DNA from: an uncultured Nitrospirales bacterium
Lineage (GTDB): Bacteria; Hydrogenedentota; Hydrogenedentia; Hydrogenedentales; Hydrogenedentaceae
Direction: 5' to 3'
Length of the DNA: 64,000 nucleotides
Assembly: GCA_964549105.1 (NCBI GenBank)
Contig: CAZJTZ010000001.1
Coordinates: 284,632 to 348,631, forward strand
In this document: in pieces, positions 30,374-40,143 of the stretch
Position numbering within the stretch: the first letter of the stretch is position 1
Layout of the letters: each line of letters opens with the position of its first letter
Notes under the pieces: generated by a model
The model's input: only the letters and a program-made list of their open reading frames with translations
Told to the model about the DNA's origin: nothing
Database searches by the model: none
Translations under genes and position numbers: made by a program

Positions 30374-33300
30374 TCAGTTGTTAAGACAGAAATTATCCTC
30401 ACTTTCTCCCGGGCAGGGATAATACCCACCTACATTGAATATCTGAATTGTTCGCAATAATTCTCTTAAAGAAATTATCCAATCTTGTGGATTGTAATCA
30501 CTGGAGTGTGGTGAACATTCATAGTTTTCACCTGTTCCTGGCAAATATCCATCCTCGCTATTATTGGTTATATCGCAACAGTAAGCAAGTGAATTATATA
30601 GTTGAACAATTCTCAAAATCTCTGTAAGACTAATTCTTCCATCATGGTTTAAATCAGAACTGTGATAAAAAATATACTCTCCTTCATAGACGCCTTCTGG
30701 TGAACCTTCAATTGTTTTACATACATCATAATTCAAAAAATCAGACGACTCAAATTGTTCAGGAGTGCCTGTACCTCTTGACAGTCCTGCTATAAAACTT
30801 GAAGATGAACAATTGAGCCATGTAATAGCAATTCGACCATCGTAGAATAACTCTACCTGAGCATTAACTACCCCTGACCCATATCTTGGAATCTGGAAAT
30901 AGGTAATCACAAGGGCATTCCAATCAAATGTATAAGTTAATGAACCACCTGCTTCTGGATTCAAATCGTCAAAGAATAAGGATATTCTTGGGAGGTCAAA
31001 ATGGTCTGCTGTGGACTCGGAATAGTCATCATCTCCTGCGGTAAAGGTGATATAACCATTGCTTCCAACATAACATTGTGAATAGGCAGTCCCATAAAAA
31101 TAAATACGAACCCCTAATGGAAAATCTATTTGAAAATAATCATCATCAGAAATTGAGATAGGTGTTGAGAATTCCGTATTTCGTAGAAACACACTTGCAG
31201 GTTCTATACATGCGGAATAGTAATCCGGGGAATCTTCTGGTGTGAATAGAATTCTATGATTGGACAGCGGAACGGTATCTACAAGGTTAGATGTATAATA
31301 ATATGTAAAAAAATCGGGACGGACTAATGTTTTGAAAAGCATGCAATCGCTTACATATTCGTTTCCAGCAAGGTCAGTTAGAATGATTCTATAGGAATAT
31401 TCTGTATCTTGACTCAAACCAGTAATTGAGAATGTGTGATTTGTATCCGTCGTAAAGGATGTATCGTTTCCAGGGAATGGGGTAACACATTCTTGCCCAT
31501 ACTCAAAACGGGCAAGACAATTTTCGTCGGAGACTAATTGAACATTTACACTCAGTATTGCAGGAACCACAGATAACTGAAGTAATTGTGGTGGATAAAT
31601 ATCGGTAGTAGCCTCAACAGTAATTGTTTGAGAAGTCCCTGACTCTGTATATTCATCATAATATTCTGCTGTTATTGTTCCATTGTGCACTACGGATAGC
31701 AATCCATCATTATTTTCTGTAACAGAAGTTGTTAATTGAATCGTTCCTTTAAATAATCCCATAATTTCGGTTTCAGTCAAAGATACTTGTTCCATGTCTC
31801 CACCACTTGAATAGACAGAAACAAGAATAACGCCCTGACCTGACAAATCAGAATCAGTCAATGTGAGAGTAGCCAAAGAAGAACCATTATAAAGGGTTTT
31901 ATCCCAGAGTATATTTCCAGTGGAATTAGCGATAACAGGCAAATCAACCTGATATGGGAATATCGGATTTCCTGTTACAGTAAGTTTGACTGTGGAAACC
32001 GTTCCAGGCGGACTAGTATTTATAATATTATTCCCGAATTGAGATAATGAAGCACCCAACAAAGTGGTTGAACTCGAAATAGCAATACTTGCATTTTCCC
32101 ACCCTATATAAACAGGAAATGGTAATCCATCAGGGCTCACACTTATTCCATGAGTAATTGTCGGATTTTGAATCAGTCCTGCCCAGATTTCAGTTGAAGG
32201 GTCACCTAAAAGATTATACATTTCAAAGTATCTTTTTGTGGTATCACCATTACCATAATAGTTAAAAAATTTTAATTTTCCTTCGAGTATCATCCCTGCG
32301 GTCCATGTTTTGTTTGAAGTAAAGAAACTCTCCATAATCCTTTTTTCTAATATATCGTCCTGGTCCCAATATGAAGTTACAGAACTTCCCAAAAAGCCTA
32401 CGCCGCCCGATGAAGCCCTCTGCCATGTTTCCCCAAAGCATTCGGGCCTCCCATATTGTCCTGTTTCGCAGGCAAAACTTAGAACCCATGGATAAACAGT
32501 ATTTGTTAAATTAGAAACCTGAGTTTGAGACAAAGGTGGTCCATCAGCCCAACTCGAATCACTACCATGTCCAGAATAGACTATCCAACCTCTGCCCTCA
32601 TTAATTGCATTAATAACATCGGAAGTAGTCGCGCTATAAGTCACAGTATACAGTTTTTGAGAATTAAATTCGGCAGGTTCAAAATAATTAGAAATTACAT
32701 AATTATGAGTGCCCTCTGTTACTGAATATTTATCAGTACTCGCCAGAAATGAAGCCTTAATATACCAAGGTTCGGTTAGTGTCCATTGTGCCTTTTCATA
32801 TTTAAGAATCTTGTTTAATGAATTGTTTAAGTTTGCTGAGTCACTAACGCTAATTCTACCAACCCATAAATCAGGAGTATAATACTCATCACCATCCACC
32901 GTAGAGTAATACAAGTCTGTTATCGGATTACTATAAGCAGTCCCTTGAAATGCAGGGAGAGTATTTAAATCTCCTACGAGCACTACGAATGATGGCGGTA
33001 TATCCCAGTTTAAGTATGCTTGTTTGATATATTGTTTTATTGAAACTGTGCTTAACCCAATATCTGCAACACTTACAGTAGTAACCACAAATCCTCTTTG
33101 TGTCTTCCACTCAATCCATTCGTTCAATTTGCTATTGCCAATAAAAGGAGAGCCAACAATAACAATCATTCCTGTCGGAATGTTATATCTTGCAATCTTT
33201 GACTTATCCAGTGCAGACAAATCATTTAAAATATATGGTTTCCATAAATCATCAATATATTTGGAACTGTATTTCTTATCTCGAGAACTATTCGATTTTT

Positions 33301-33880
33301 CAATCTGCCAATATACATGCACCAAAATTTTGCCTGTTATATATATTTTGGAATTTGTAGGGTCATAACATACAGGAAAATAACTTATCTGATATAGTCG
33401 TTTATTCCGAACAACGCCAAAAGGTTCTATCTCAACTACCTTTTCTCCAAATTTCTTTCCTGACTGGTAAGCGGCATCATTCATAGTAAGTTTGGGTTTC
33501 TCTTTTCCCAGAATTTTTTCCCATGGTGGCTGAATGGGGTAAAGAGGATAATCCAGTTTTATTTCCTCAGAGGCACCCAACGACTCATATTCCATTGAAA
33601 CCGATTGAGCATTTAAAGGAACTTCTATATATCTTCTCCAAACAGGCAACTCGGGTTCACCAACCGAACCTATTATTCCCATCTCGGGAATTATTAAGCG
33701 ATTGAAGATATGAGTCTCAATGATTTCCTTTTTAATATCAGGAGGGGTAGACAAATTCACATCAATTTCTAAGCCATCACTCTCTTGCTCTGTCTTTATA
33801 AGCACGGCTTCACTACTTAACTGAATAGTGATAAAGGATATTGTGAACAAAAAGACAACAATTTTTAACTTATAATTCAT
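30374..33880 (-). CDS. Secreted peptidase C25 (gingipain-like) family cysteine protease with Ig/FN3-like domains and a C-terminal dockerin-type module.
   Basis: Signal peptide. Catalytic His/Cys region YSGHGSDSSWADGPP…VLSFACETGQYG, matching the gingipain G-H-G…W…x-A-C-x-x-G pattern. FN3-like segment (…SITGLSQDTEYSYRI…). Two dockerin-like Ca-binding repeats (DLNHDGRISLTEILRIVQL, SSDYNPQDWIISLRELLRTIQIF). Confidence 0.75.
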   Translation of the reverse strand: MNYKLKIVVFLFTISFITIQLSSEAVLIKTEQESDGLEIDVNLSTPPDIKKEIIETHIFNRLIIPEMGIIGSVGEPELPVWRRYIEVPLNAQSVSMEYESLGASEEIKLDYPLYPIQPPWEKILGKEKPKLTMNDAAYQSGKKFGEKVVEIEPFGVVRNKRLYQISYFPVCYDPTNSKIYITGKILVHVYWQIEKSNSSRDKKYSSKYIDDLWKPYILNDLSALDKSKIARYNIPTGMIVIVGSPFIGNSKLNEWIEWKTQRGFVVTTVSVADIGLSTVSIKQYIKQAYLNWDIPPSFVVLVGDLNTLPAFQGTAYSNPITDLYYSTVDGDEYYTPDLWVGRISVSDSANLNNSLNKILKYEKAQWTLTEPWYIKASFLASTDKYSVTEGTHNYVISNYFEPAEFNSQKLYTVTYSATTSDVINAINEGRGWIVYSGHGSDSSWADGPPLSQTQVSNLTNTVYPWVLSFACETGQYGRPECFGETWQRASSGGVGFLGSSVTSYWDQDDILEKRIMESFFTSNKTWTAGMILEGKLKFFNYYGNGDTTKRYFEMYNLLGDPSTEIWAGLIQNPTITHGISVSPDGLPFPVYIGWENASIAISSSTTLLGASLSQFGNNIINTSPPGTVSTVKLTVTGNPIFPYQVDLPVIANSTGNILWDKTLYNGSSLATLTLTDSDLSGQGVILVSVYSSGGDMEQVSLTETEIMGLFKGTIQLTTSVTENNDGLLSVVHNGTITAEYYDEYTESGTSQTITVEATTDIYPPQLLQLSVVPAILSVNVQLVSDENCLARFEYGQECVTPFPGNDTSFTTDTNHTFSITGLSQDTEYSYRIILTDLAGNEYVSDCMLFKTLVRPDFFTYYYTSNLVDTVPLSNHRILFTPEDSPDYYSACIEPASVFLRNTEFSTPISISDDDYFQIDFPLGVRIYFYGTAYSQCYVGSNGYITFTAGDDDYSESTADHFDLPRISLFFDDLNPEAGGSLTYTFDWNALVITYFQIPRYGSGVVNAQVELFYDGRIAITWLNCSSSSFIAGLSRGTGTPEQFESSDFLNYDVCKTIEGSPEGVYEGEYIFYHSSDLNHDGRISLTEILRIVQLYNSLAYCCDITNNSEDGYLPGTGENYECSPHSSDYNPQDWIISLRELLRTIQIFNVGGYYPCPGESEDNFCLNN

Positions 33881-33974
33881 AAACTAAATATCCTCTTTTT
33901 TATAGTCACAAACCTCAGCCATCATTATATAGTCTTTAAAAATTATACCACATCCTCTTCACTTTTATTCTTTG

Positions 33975-34010
33975 TAAAAAAATACTGCAGTCTTTTTAGA
34001 CTGCAGTATA
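33975..34010 (-). terminator. Rho-independent terminator downstream of the HU gene.
   Basis: Perfect 12-bp inverted repeat ATACTGCAGTCT / AGACTGCAGTAT with a TTTT loop. It is followed on the minus strand by a run of 7 T. A T-rich tract also follows on the plus strand. Confidence 0.7.
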
Positions 34011-34039
34011 AACCGAAAAATTATTTTTTTCTTTAACAT

Positions 34040-34354
34040 TTACTTCTTTGCAGGAAGAACCGCATCTTTTGCCGCTTTTGCAATCCGGAATTTCAGAACT
34101 TTCTTTGCAGGTACCTTCATCTTTTCTTTAGTCTGCGGATTGATTTGAATGCGAGCTTTTCGTTGGACAACAACAAGTTTGCCTAAACCAGGAATGACAA
34201 AACTGGCTGGCGCTTGTGCATAAGCCAGTTCTACTAACTTTTGAAGAACTTCATTAATGTTCTTCTTAGTTAGTCCAGTTTCCTCCGCAAGTGCTTGAAT
34301 AATCTGCGCTTTGGTCATGGGCTTATCGCTTTCTTTTGCTTTTTTGAATGGCAT
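34040..34354 (-). CDS. hup: HU/IHF family nucleoid-associated DNA-binding protein.
   Basis: A 104-aa bacterial histone-like fold (MTKAQIIQALAEETGLTKK… and the beta-arm RKARIQINPQTKEKMKVPAKKVLKFR). Confidence 0.85.
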   Translation of the reverse strand: MPFKKAKESDKPMTKAQIIQALAEETGLTKKNINEVLQKLVELAYAQAPASFVIPGLGKLVVVQRKARIQINPQTKEKMKVPAKKVLKFRIAKAAKDAVLPAKK

Positions 34355-34586
34355 AACTATTTCTCCAGTGGGTTACTCCCCATCGTTTTTATTTGTCGGT
34401 TTATTAAGCACTACAACTGGTAGTACCCAATAGTAACCAACTCTTTTATTGCTATAATACATGTAAGATATACAATTTAAACATAAAAATCAAATCGCAA
34501 AATGGGCTTTTTCTAAAATTTTATAAAAAAACAAGTTGAAATATATACCTTAATGTTACAACAAAAAACTTAAAAGGTTTCTTACT

Positions 34587-35321
34587 ATGCTTGCACATTT
34601 AATACAAGGGAAAAAAGGTTGTTTTTTTGGACAAGAGAATAACATAGGAATTGTTATTGTAGATGCATTAAGAGCTAGTGCTACTGCTACCATGCTACTT
34701 CATTCTGGAGCCACACGGATTCTCATTGTAGATGAGGTAGATAAGGCACTTCGATTAAAGGCATCGTTTTTCCCTAATGCGATGTTATTTGGTGAACGAC
34801 ATGGATTGCCTCCTGCTGGTTTTGACTATGGAAACAGTCCGTATGAGACAAAATATGCTAAGGGTAAAGAAGTTATCTTTACAACCACAACAGGTGCTCG
34901 ACTCCTCTTTGAAGGGTTTTGTGAAACAATCCCTTTTATAATCATGGCAACAACTATCAATGCCAATGGGGTATGTCAGTTCTTAAAAAAACAAAATAAA
35001 GATTTTGTTATTGTCCCTGCGGGTTTATATGATGACTCTAATTTTTCAGCACAGGAAGATTGGACTGCTGCGAGTTATATTGTGAGTTTATTACACATTA
35101 ATATTGGCGAGGGAAAGGAAGAATATAAATATTGGGAGAAAAGGATTGAAAACGAAGGCATTGAAAGATTATTTGAAACGGCACCGCATGCAGACAAACT
35201 TCGAAAAGTCGGACTATCCAGAGATATTCTCTGGTGTGCTCAGGTTAGTATCTCTGATGTTATACCCATAGCGACTAAAAAAGAACAGGATTATATTGTT
35301 CTTGAGAAGTTATCAGAATAA
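34587..35321 (+). CDS. 2-phosphosulfolactate phosphatase (ComB) family protein.
   Basis: ComB-family motif VIVDALRASATA, 244 aa. Confidence 0.6.
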   Translation: MLAHLIQGKKGCFFGQENNIGIVIVDALRASATATMLLHSGATRILIVDEVDKALRLKASFFPNAMLFGERHGLPPAGFDYGNSPYETKYAKGKEVIFTTTTGARLLFEGFCETIPFIIMATTINANGVCQFLKKQNKDFVIVPAGLYDDSNFSAQEDWTAASYIVSLLHINIGEGKEEYKYWEKRIENEGIERLFETAPHADKLRKVGLSRDILWCAQVSISDVIPIATKKEQDYIVLEKLSE

Positions 35322-35328
35322 GAGTAAT

Positions 35329-35796
35329 TTACTCGGGTTCATACCCTGCAGGAGATTTCGTCAAGATAACCCAGGCTGTTTTATCTACCCATTCATACAG
35401 TTTTTCCAATCCAAGCCCAAGAGCATACCAGAAGGGAATATAAAGAAGTGTGATTTGCCCATGAAGATTGAAAGGTAGATTTGAGTAATCCCAGATTCTT
35501 AAGCCCAAGACTTTATGGAACAGGATACCTGATACATATTCAACAAAAAATATGCCTATCATATATACTACGGCTCGTAAGGGTAGAGGCACTTTCTTTG
35601 CTTTCAATGGGTTTCTCAACCAGGGGGTAACAATACCCAACAATCCATAATCCAGCATCATCCACGGTGAGGAATGGCCTCGCATACTAATATTACCATG
35701 AGATATTAAACTACTTATCCCTGTAAAAAGAACTTCCATAACTAAACCAAGTAAAGCAAAAATTAAAAATCGAACCCACGCTTTGCGAGATAACAT
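35329..35796 (-). CDS. Small integral membrane protein (about four TM helices), function unknown.
   Basis: 155 aa, hydrophobic helices, W/Y-rich loops. No catalytic motif. Confidence 0.5.
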   Translation of the reverse strand: MLSRKAWVRFLIFALLGLVMEVLFTGISSLISHGNISMRGHSSPWMMLDYGLLGIVTPWLRNPLKAKKVPLPLRAVVYMIGIFFVEYVSGILFHKVLGLRIWDYSNLPFNLHGQITLLYIPFWYALGLGLEKLYEWVDKTAWVILTKSPAGYEPE

Positions 35797-35841
35797 AAAT
35801 TTTCCCTTTCTACAATTAAATGGTTAACATGATTATTTACT

Positions 35842-36747
35842 TTATGCTCGAGGATGAGCATTTTTATGTGCTTGCGTAATTCGTTCTACACTTACATGTG
35901 TATAAATTTGTGTCGTAGATATATTTGAATGTCCAAGAAGTTCCTGCACAACTCTTAAATCGGCGCCTCTATTTAATAAATGGGTTGCAAAGGTATGCCG
36001 CAAAGTATGAGGTGTTATTCTGTTAGTTAAACCCGCTAACATTGCATAATGTTTAATAATTCGCCAGATAGTTACTCTGCTCATGGATTTCCCGGAACTT
36101 GTTAAAAAGATTGCTATTGACTTCACTTTCCCCAATTCTCTTACCCGAAACCAGTCCTGAAGTCTTTCTATGGCTTTATTCCCCAAAGGAACAAGGCGGA
36201 CTTTATCTCCTTTTCCTCGGACTCTTAATATCCCTTCCTTCAAGGAAAGGTCATGGATAGTAGTGTGGGTAAGTTCACTCACCCTTAAACCACAAGAATA
36301 AAAAAGTTCTAATATGGCAAGGTCTCTCTCTTTATTTTTTACAGTAGTTTCTGCGACCTTAAAGATTTTTTCTATTTCCCCTTCTGTTAAAAAGTGGGGG
36401 AGTTTTCTAGATAAGCGTGGAGTATCAACACCTTCGATAGGATTTATTTCAATTATTTGCTCATTACATAGGAACCGATAAAAGCCCCTTAATGAACTAA
36501 GATATTGTGCTAATGAACGAGATGATAATCCTTTTTTTTGTAAATCTATAAGATATTCTAATATCAGAGATGGAGACACTTTAGATATATCGTCTATTTT
36601 TTTATCAGTTAAGAATAGGAGAAAGGAATTTAGATTTCGTCTATAAGTATTTAATGTATTTTCTGAGAGTCCCCATTCGAATACGGCAAGTTCCAGAAAA
36701 TAATCTAATAAGGGTTTAAAATCGGATGTTTTTTCATTCAGGGTCAT
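35842..36747 (-). CDS. xerD: Tyrosine site-specific recombinase XerC/XerD.
   Basis: C-terminal catalytic box RHTFATHLLNRGADLRVVQELLGHSNISTTQIYTHV (R…H-x-x-R…Y). Start placed at the ATG at 36747; the track's TTG start is 36765. Confidence 0.85.
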   Translation of the reverse strand: MTLNEKTSDFKPLLDYFLELAVFEWGLSENTLNTYRRNLNSFLLFLTDKKIDDISKVSPSLILEYLIDLQKKGLSSRSLAQYLSSLRGFYRFLCNEQIIEINPIEGVDTPRLSRKLPHFLTEGEIEKIFKVAETTVKNKERDLAILELFYSCGLRVSELTHTTIHDLSLKEGILRVRGKGDKVRLVPLGNKAIERLQDWFRVRELGKVKSIAIFLTSSGKSMSRVTIWRIIKHYAMLAGLTNRITPHTLRHTFATHLLNRGADLRVVQELLGHSNISTTQIYTHVSVERITQAHKNAHPRA

Positions 36748-37339
36748 CCAGAGTAAAATCCCCAAGGTCTTTTGTATGTATTTCTTTAACTTTTACTTCT
36801 TCTACTTGCTTGTTTTTCTTTTCTTCTTCTAATTTCTGCATTACTTTTGATAATAGTTTAACTGCTGTAGGATGTTCCAACTCTACTGCCTTTTCTAACA
36901 TCCAGCGACTACGCTTCAAATCTCCTAACTTATAATAACAAAATCCCAATCCATAATAAGCATCTCGATGCTCTGGATTTTCTTCGCAAATCCAACGATA
37001 TAATGCCACGGCTTCAATAAGTTTGCCACGACTTACTAATGCGGCTGCTTCTCGCGAACGAGTTTTGATATCGGAGGAAAATGATAAGTAACTTTTGCCA
37101 GAAGGTTCTAATCCATCATCAGGAAGTGGGAGTTTTACTACAACTTTTGGAGTTTGCTCGTGGGGAGGAGGAGAATCCTTTGCAGAGATAGGGTCTGCTA
37201 TAGGATGTTCTAATCTAACGGATAAACTTTTACCGCATACAGGGCAAGTTCCCTTCATCTCATTTCCTTCTATTCTGGGAACTATTCTTGCACCACATTC
37301 ACACTCCAATATTTTTGTCATCGTTTCCCGTTCATTCAT
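36734..37339 (-). CDS. Zinc-ribbon plus TPR-repeat protein.
   Basis: N-terminal C-x-C…C-x-x-C (CECGARIV…CPVCG), a proline-rich linker, and a C-terminal TPR pair (AYYGLGFCYYKLGDLKRS…). Confidence 0.55.
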   Translation of the reverse strand: MNERETMTKILECECGARIVPRIEGNEMKGTCPVCGKSLSVRLEHPIADPISAKDSPPPHEQTPKVVVKLPLPDDGLEPSGKSYLSFSSDIKTRSREAAALVSRGKLIEAVALYRWICEENPEHRDAYYGLGFCYYKLGDLKRSRWMLEKAVELEHPTAVKLLSKVMQKLEEEKKNKQVEEVKVKEIHTKDLGDFTLDDPE

Positions 37340-37360
37340 TTGAACACTCCTAATTCTTGT

Positions 37361-38446
37361 CTAAATTGCATTTAATTCCGTTTTTTTATCCTCGTCCGAA
37401 TTATTTTGTATATCTTTTTGATTCTTTGTTTCTCCCGTATTGGCTATTTCCCGACACGAGAACCTTCTGATGTTTTCACCAATACGCCCAACCAAATTTG
37501 ATTCTACTGCTTTAACAGCGCCACGAATTCCATTTGCAATGCCTAAAGGTAAAGAAGCACCATGCAAAGCAATAACTACACCCTGAACCCCCAAAAGAGG
37601 GGCTCCCGGATATTCATTGGGGTTAACTGTTTCCTTCAATTTTTGAAGTGCGCTTCGGGCAAGAACAGCACCTAACCTGTTCATAGAAGTCTTCAGTAGT
37701 TGTTCCTTCATAAAATTGCCAACAAATCTTGCCACAGATTCAGCAGTTTTTAGAATGGTGTTGCCAACAAAACCATCACATACAACAATGTCTGCTTCTC
37801 CTCCAAAAACGCCTTCCGGCTCAACATTACCGACGAAATTAATACCCTCAATTTTACTTAATATCTGGAAGGTCTGTTTTAATACATTATTTCCCTTAAC
37901 CATCTCTTCACCAATGTTAATTAAACCCAGACGAGGATTCTCTACATCAAGGGCATAATGAGAATAGGCTATTCCCATAAAGGCAAAATCGCATAGATGT
38001 CTTACCTGACAATCTACATTGGCTCCTAAATCCAATAAGACTACTTTTCCCCCCTTGGTAGGTAATGCCTGAGCTAATGCAGGACGAGAAATCCCTTCAA
38101 TAACTCCAAGCACTATTCGAGAACCCACCATAACTGCACCCGTATTCCCTGCACTCACCACAGCGTCAACTTCGCCCCTTTTTAACATTCTCAAAGCGAC
38201 TAAAAGACTACTATCTTTTTTCTGTCTCAGAGCAAGCACAGGCTGGTCGTGCATGGAAACAAATTCTGGGGCATGGATAATATCGATAGTACCCCTTTTC
38301 GGATACTTATCTAATTCTTTCTTTAATATTTCCTCATTTCCGACAAGGACAATATCACAATTGCGGTCCAAACTCGCTTCCACAGCCCCTTTTATTTCTA
38401 TATCAGGAGCATTGTCCGAACCCATCGCATCCAGAGCGATGCGCAT
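37361..38446 (-). CDS. plsX: Phosphate acyltransferase PlsX.
   Basis: MRIALDAMGSDNAP N-terminus. A 361-aa PlsX architecture in the conserved rpmF-plsX context. Confidence 0.9.
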   Translation of the reverse strand: MRIALDAMGSDNAPDIEIKGAVEASLDRNCDIVLVGNEEILKKELDKYPKRGTIDIIHAPEFVSMHDQPVLALRQKKDSSLLVALRMLKRGEVDAVVSAGNTGAVMVGSRIVLGVIEGISRPALAQALPTKGGKVVLLDLGANVDCQVRHLCDFAFMGIAYSHYALDVENPRLGLINIGEEMVKGNNVLKQTFQILSKIEGINFVGNVEPEGVFGGEADIVVCDGFVGNTILKTAESVARFVGNFMKEQLLKTSMNRLGAVLARSALQKLKETVNPNEYPGAPLLGVQGVVIALHGASLPLGIANGIRGAVKAVESNLVGRIGENIRRFSCREIANTGETKNQKDIQNNSDEDKKTELNAI

Positions 38447-38472
38447 GTTTTTTTCTCCACTTATAGTTTTTT

Positions 38473-38655
38473 TTATTCTTCTTCAAGGTTTAATATTAAA
38501 CGGTTTTTATAATATCCACACTTTGGGCAAACCCGATGTGGAAGGATTTTTTCACTGCAATGAGGGCACTCTATCAAATTTGGTTTTCCCAAAGCATGAT
38601 GTGACCTTCTCATATTCTTTTTGGCTTTACCAGTTCTTCGTTTTGGGACAGGCAC
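38473..38655 (-). CDS. rpmF: 50S ribosomal protein L32.
   Basis: MPVPKRRTGKAKKNMRRSHH…CPHCSE…CPKCGYY (zinc-ribbon L32). Confidence 0.9.
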   Translation of the reverse strand: MPVPKRRTGKAKKNMRRSHHALGKPNLIECPHCSEKILPHRVCPKCGYYKNRLILNLEEE

Positions 38656-38657
38656 TT

Positions 38658-39263
38658 TTATTCCTCCTTTAAGTTAAGGTTTATTTCTTGTAGTAATTCA
38701 GATAACTTATTATTTGAAAGATGTATTGACTCTGTTTCCTTATCAACATCACAAAAACAAGTAATATGATTTAAGTTTACACCACATATCGGACATAAGC
38801 CAGCACAATCTTCTTTACATAAAAATTTATAAGGCATATCTAACACCAATTCTTCCCAGAGATAGGGAGTCAGGTCAATTTCATCACCTTGAAATGTCCT
38901 TTTTTCTGCCAACTCATCAAATGCTCCTTTTGTTTTTCTGGCTTTGCCATCATCCCGGTTGGCTTCAATAATTACATTCAAATACATATCACAAAGTCCA
39001 CGCTCAAATAACCACATAATTTGTCTATTTAATTCATACTCCATTTTGTCAAGACAACGGTCACATACATGAGTAAAATATCCACCAATCTTACCCTGAA
39101 ATAGAAAATTTTTCCCTATCTTTTTCATTACTCCATTTACCTGGATAAATTCGATAGGAAGCGATTCTACATCAACGGGTTGAATATCAGAAACCTTAAT
39201 GGTTTCATTAATCTCATAGCCCTCATCTGACACATCCACTATTCTTATTTTTAGCATATCCAA
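38658..39263 (-). CDS. yceD: YceD/DUF177 family protein (large-subunit rRNA accumulation protein).
   Basis: Conserved cysteine pairs (CDRC…CAGLCPICG), a 201-aa protein upstream of rpmF. Confidence 0.8.
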   Translation of the reverse strand: MDMLKIRIVDVSDEGYEINETIKVSDIQPVDVESLPIEFIQVNGVMKKIGKNFLFQGKIGGYFTHVCDRCLDKMEYELNRQIMWLFERGLCDMYLNVIIEANRDDGKARKTKGAFDELAEKRTFQGDEIDLTPYLWEELVLDMPYKFLCKEDCAGLCPICGVNLNHITCFCDVDKETESIHLSNNKLSELLQEINLNLKEE

Positions 39264-39497
39264 CGAAGTAATCCTTAATCAGAAAGGGCCTAACCAAACA
39301 CATTAATTTTTGAAAATTGTATCACAATCTCCAAAAAAATCAAAAATATTCAAAAACTTTTTATACTTTATTATATAACATTATACAACATACAAATAGT
39401 GACTTTCCAAAAAGATTTTAATTATTCTTAAAATATTAGACATTCCAATATTATTTTGATAAAATAGAATAAACATATCTTGAAAGGAGATTCAGCC

Positions 39498-40121
39498 ATG
39501 AGAAAGGGTTTCTTCCTTAAAAATTTTAAGAACAAAAATAGGATTATCACTTCGTTATGTCTGGTTTTTTGTGTAATTCTGGGATTATCTTGTCGTGGGA
39601 CTGCTTTAAGCATTGGTGAAGCCATGCCTGATTTTAAGTTAAAGGACTACGATGGAAAGGAATATACTTTGTCCCAATACAAAGGGAAAATTGTCGTAAT
39701 TGAGTTTTGTTCGAAAGAATGCCCTTATTCAAGAGGAGCAGACCCTGATTTGATAAAACTTCATGCAAAATATAGCAATCAAGGTGTAGTTTTTCTTGGG
39801 ATAGACTCTCACTTTCAAACACAACCCGAGGACATAAAAAAATATGCCCTTGAAATAAAAAAACCATACCCCATATTAAAAGATGTAGAGAATAAATATG
39901 CTGATATAGTGGGCGCTAAAGTAACACCCGAGATTTTTATAATTGATAAAGAAGGGAAAATAGCATATCATGGAGCCTTTGATGACCGTAAAAGTCCTGA
40001 AGGTAAGCCTACAGAAAAATACTCTGAAAATGCTATTGAATCGCTATTAGCGGGAAAAGCCGTTGAGAAGACAGAAACAAAAGCATGGGGCTGCTCTATA
40101 AAAAGAGTAAAAAATAATTAA
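39498..40121 (+). CDS. Secreted thioredoxin-fold (TlpA/AhpC-TSA-like) protein with an atypical CxxS active site.
   Basis: Signal/lipobox-like N-terminus (…ILGLSC). The active-site position reads EFCSKECPYS, i.e. CPYS instead of the canonical W-C-x-P-C. Start placed at the ATG at 39498 (SD AAAGGAGA 8 nt upstream) rather than the track's TTG at 39480. Confidence 0.7.
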   Translation: MRKGFFLKNFKNKNRIITSLCLVFCVILGLSCRGTALSIGEAMPDFKLKDYDGKEYTLSQYKGKIVVIEFCSKECPYSRGADPDLIKLHAKYSNQGVVFLGIDSHFQTQPEDIKKYALEIKKPYPILKDVENKYADIVGAKVTPEIFIIDKEGKIAYHGAFDDRKSPEGKPTEKYSENAIESLLAGKAVEKTETKAWGCSIKRVKNN

Positions 40122-40143
40122 GGTCTTTATTAAAAAATAATCT

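Noticed and set aside
30374-30700. Dockerin module in the C25 protease as evidence of a cellulosome.
   Set aside because: No cohesin or scaffoldin gene is present in the window. Dockerin-like Ca-binding repeats occur widely outside cellulosomes, so only the domain is reported.
35842-36747. XerD tyrosine recombinase as a marker of an integrated mobile element.
   Set aside because: No flanking direct repeats, tRNA, phage or transposase genes. The context (rpmF-plsX neighbourhood) and motifs fit a housekeeping chromosome-dimer-resolution XerD.
39480-39497. TTG starts proposed by the ORF track for the thioredoxin-fold gene (39480), pyrE (20032) and xerD (36765).
   Set aside because: In each case an in-frame ATG lies slightly downstream. 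For the thioredoxin-fold gene and pyrE it has a properly spaced purine-rich Shine-Dalgarno (AAAGGAGA, GAGGAAA); for xerD the ATG is preferred only on general ATG-over-TTG grounds, without a clear SD. The N-terminal extensions add no conserved residues.
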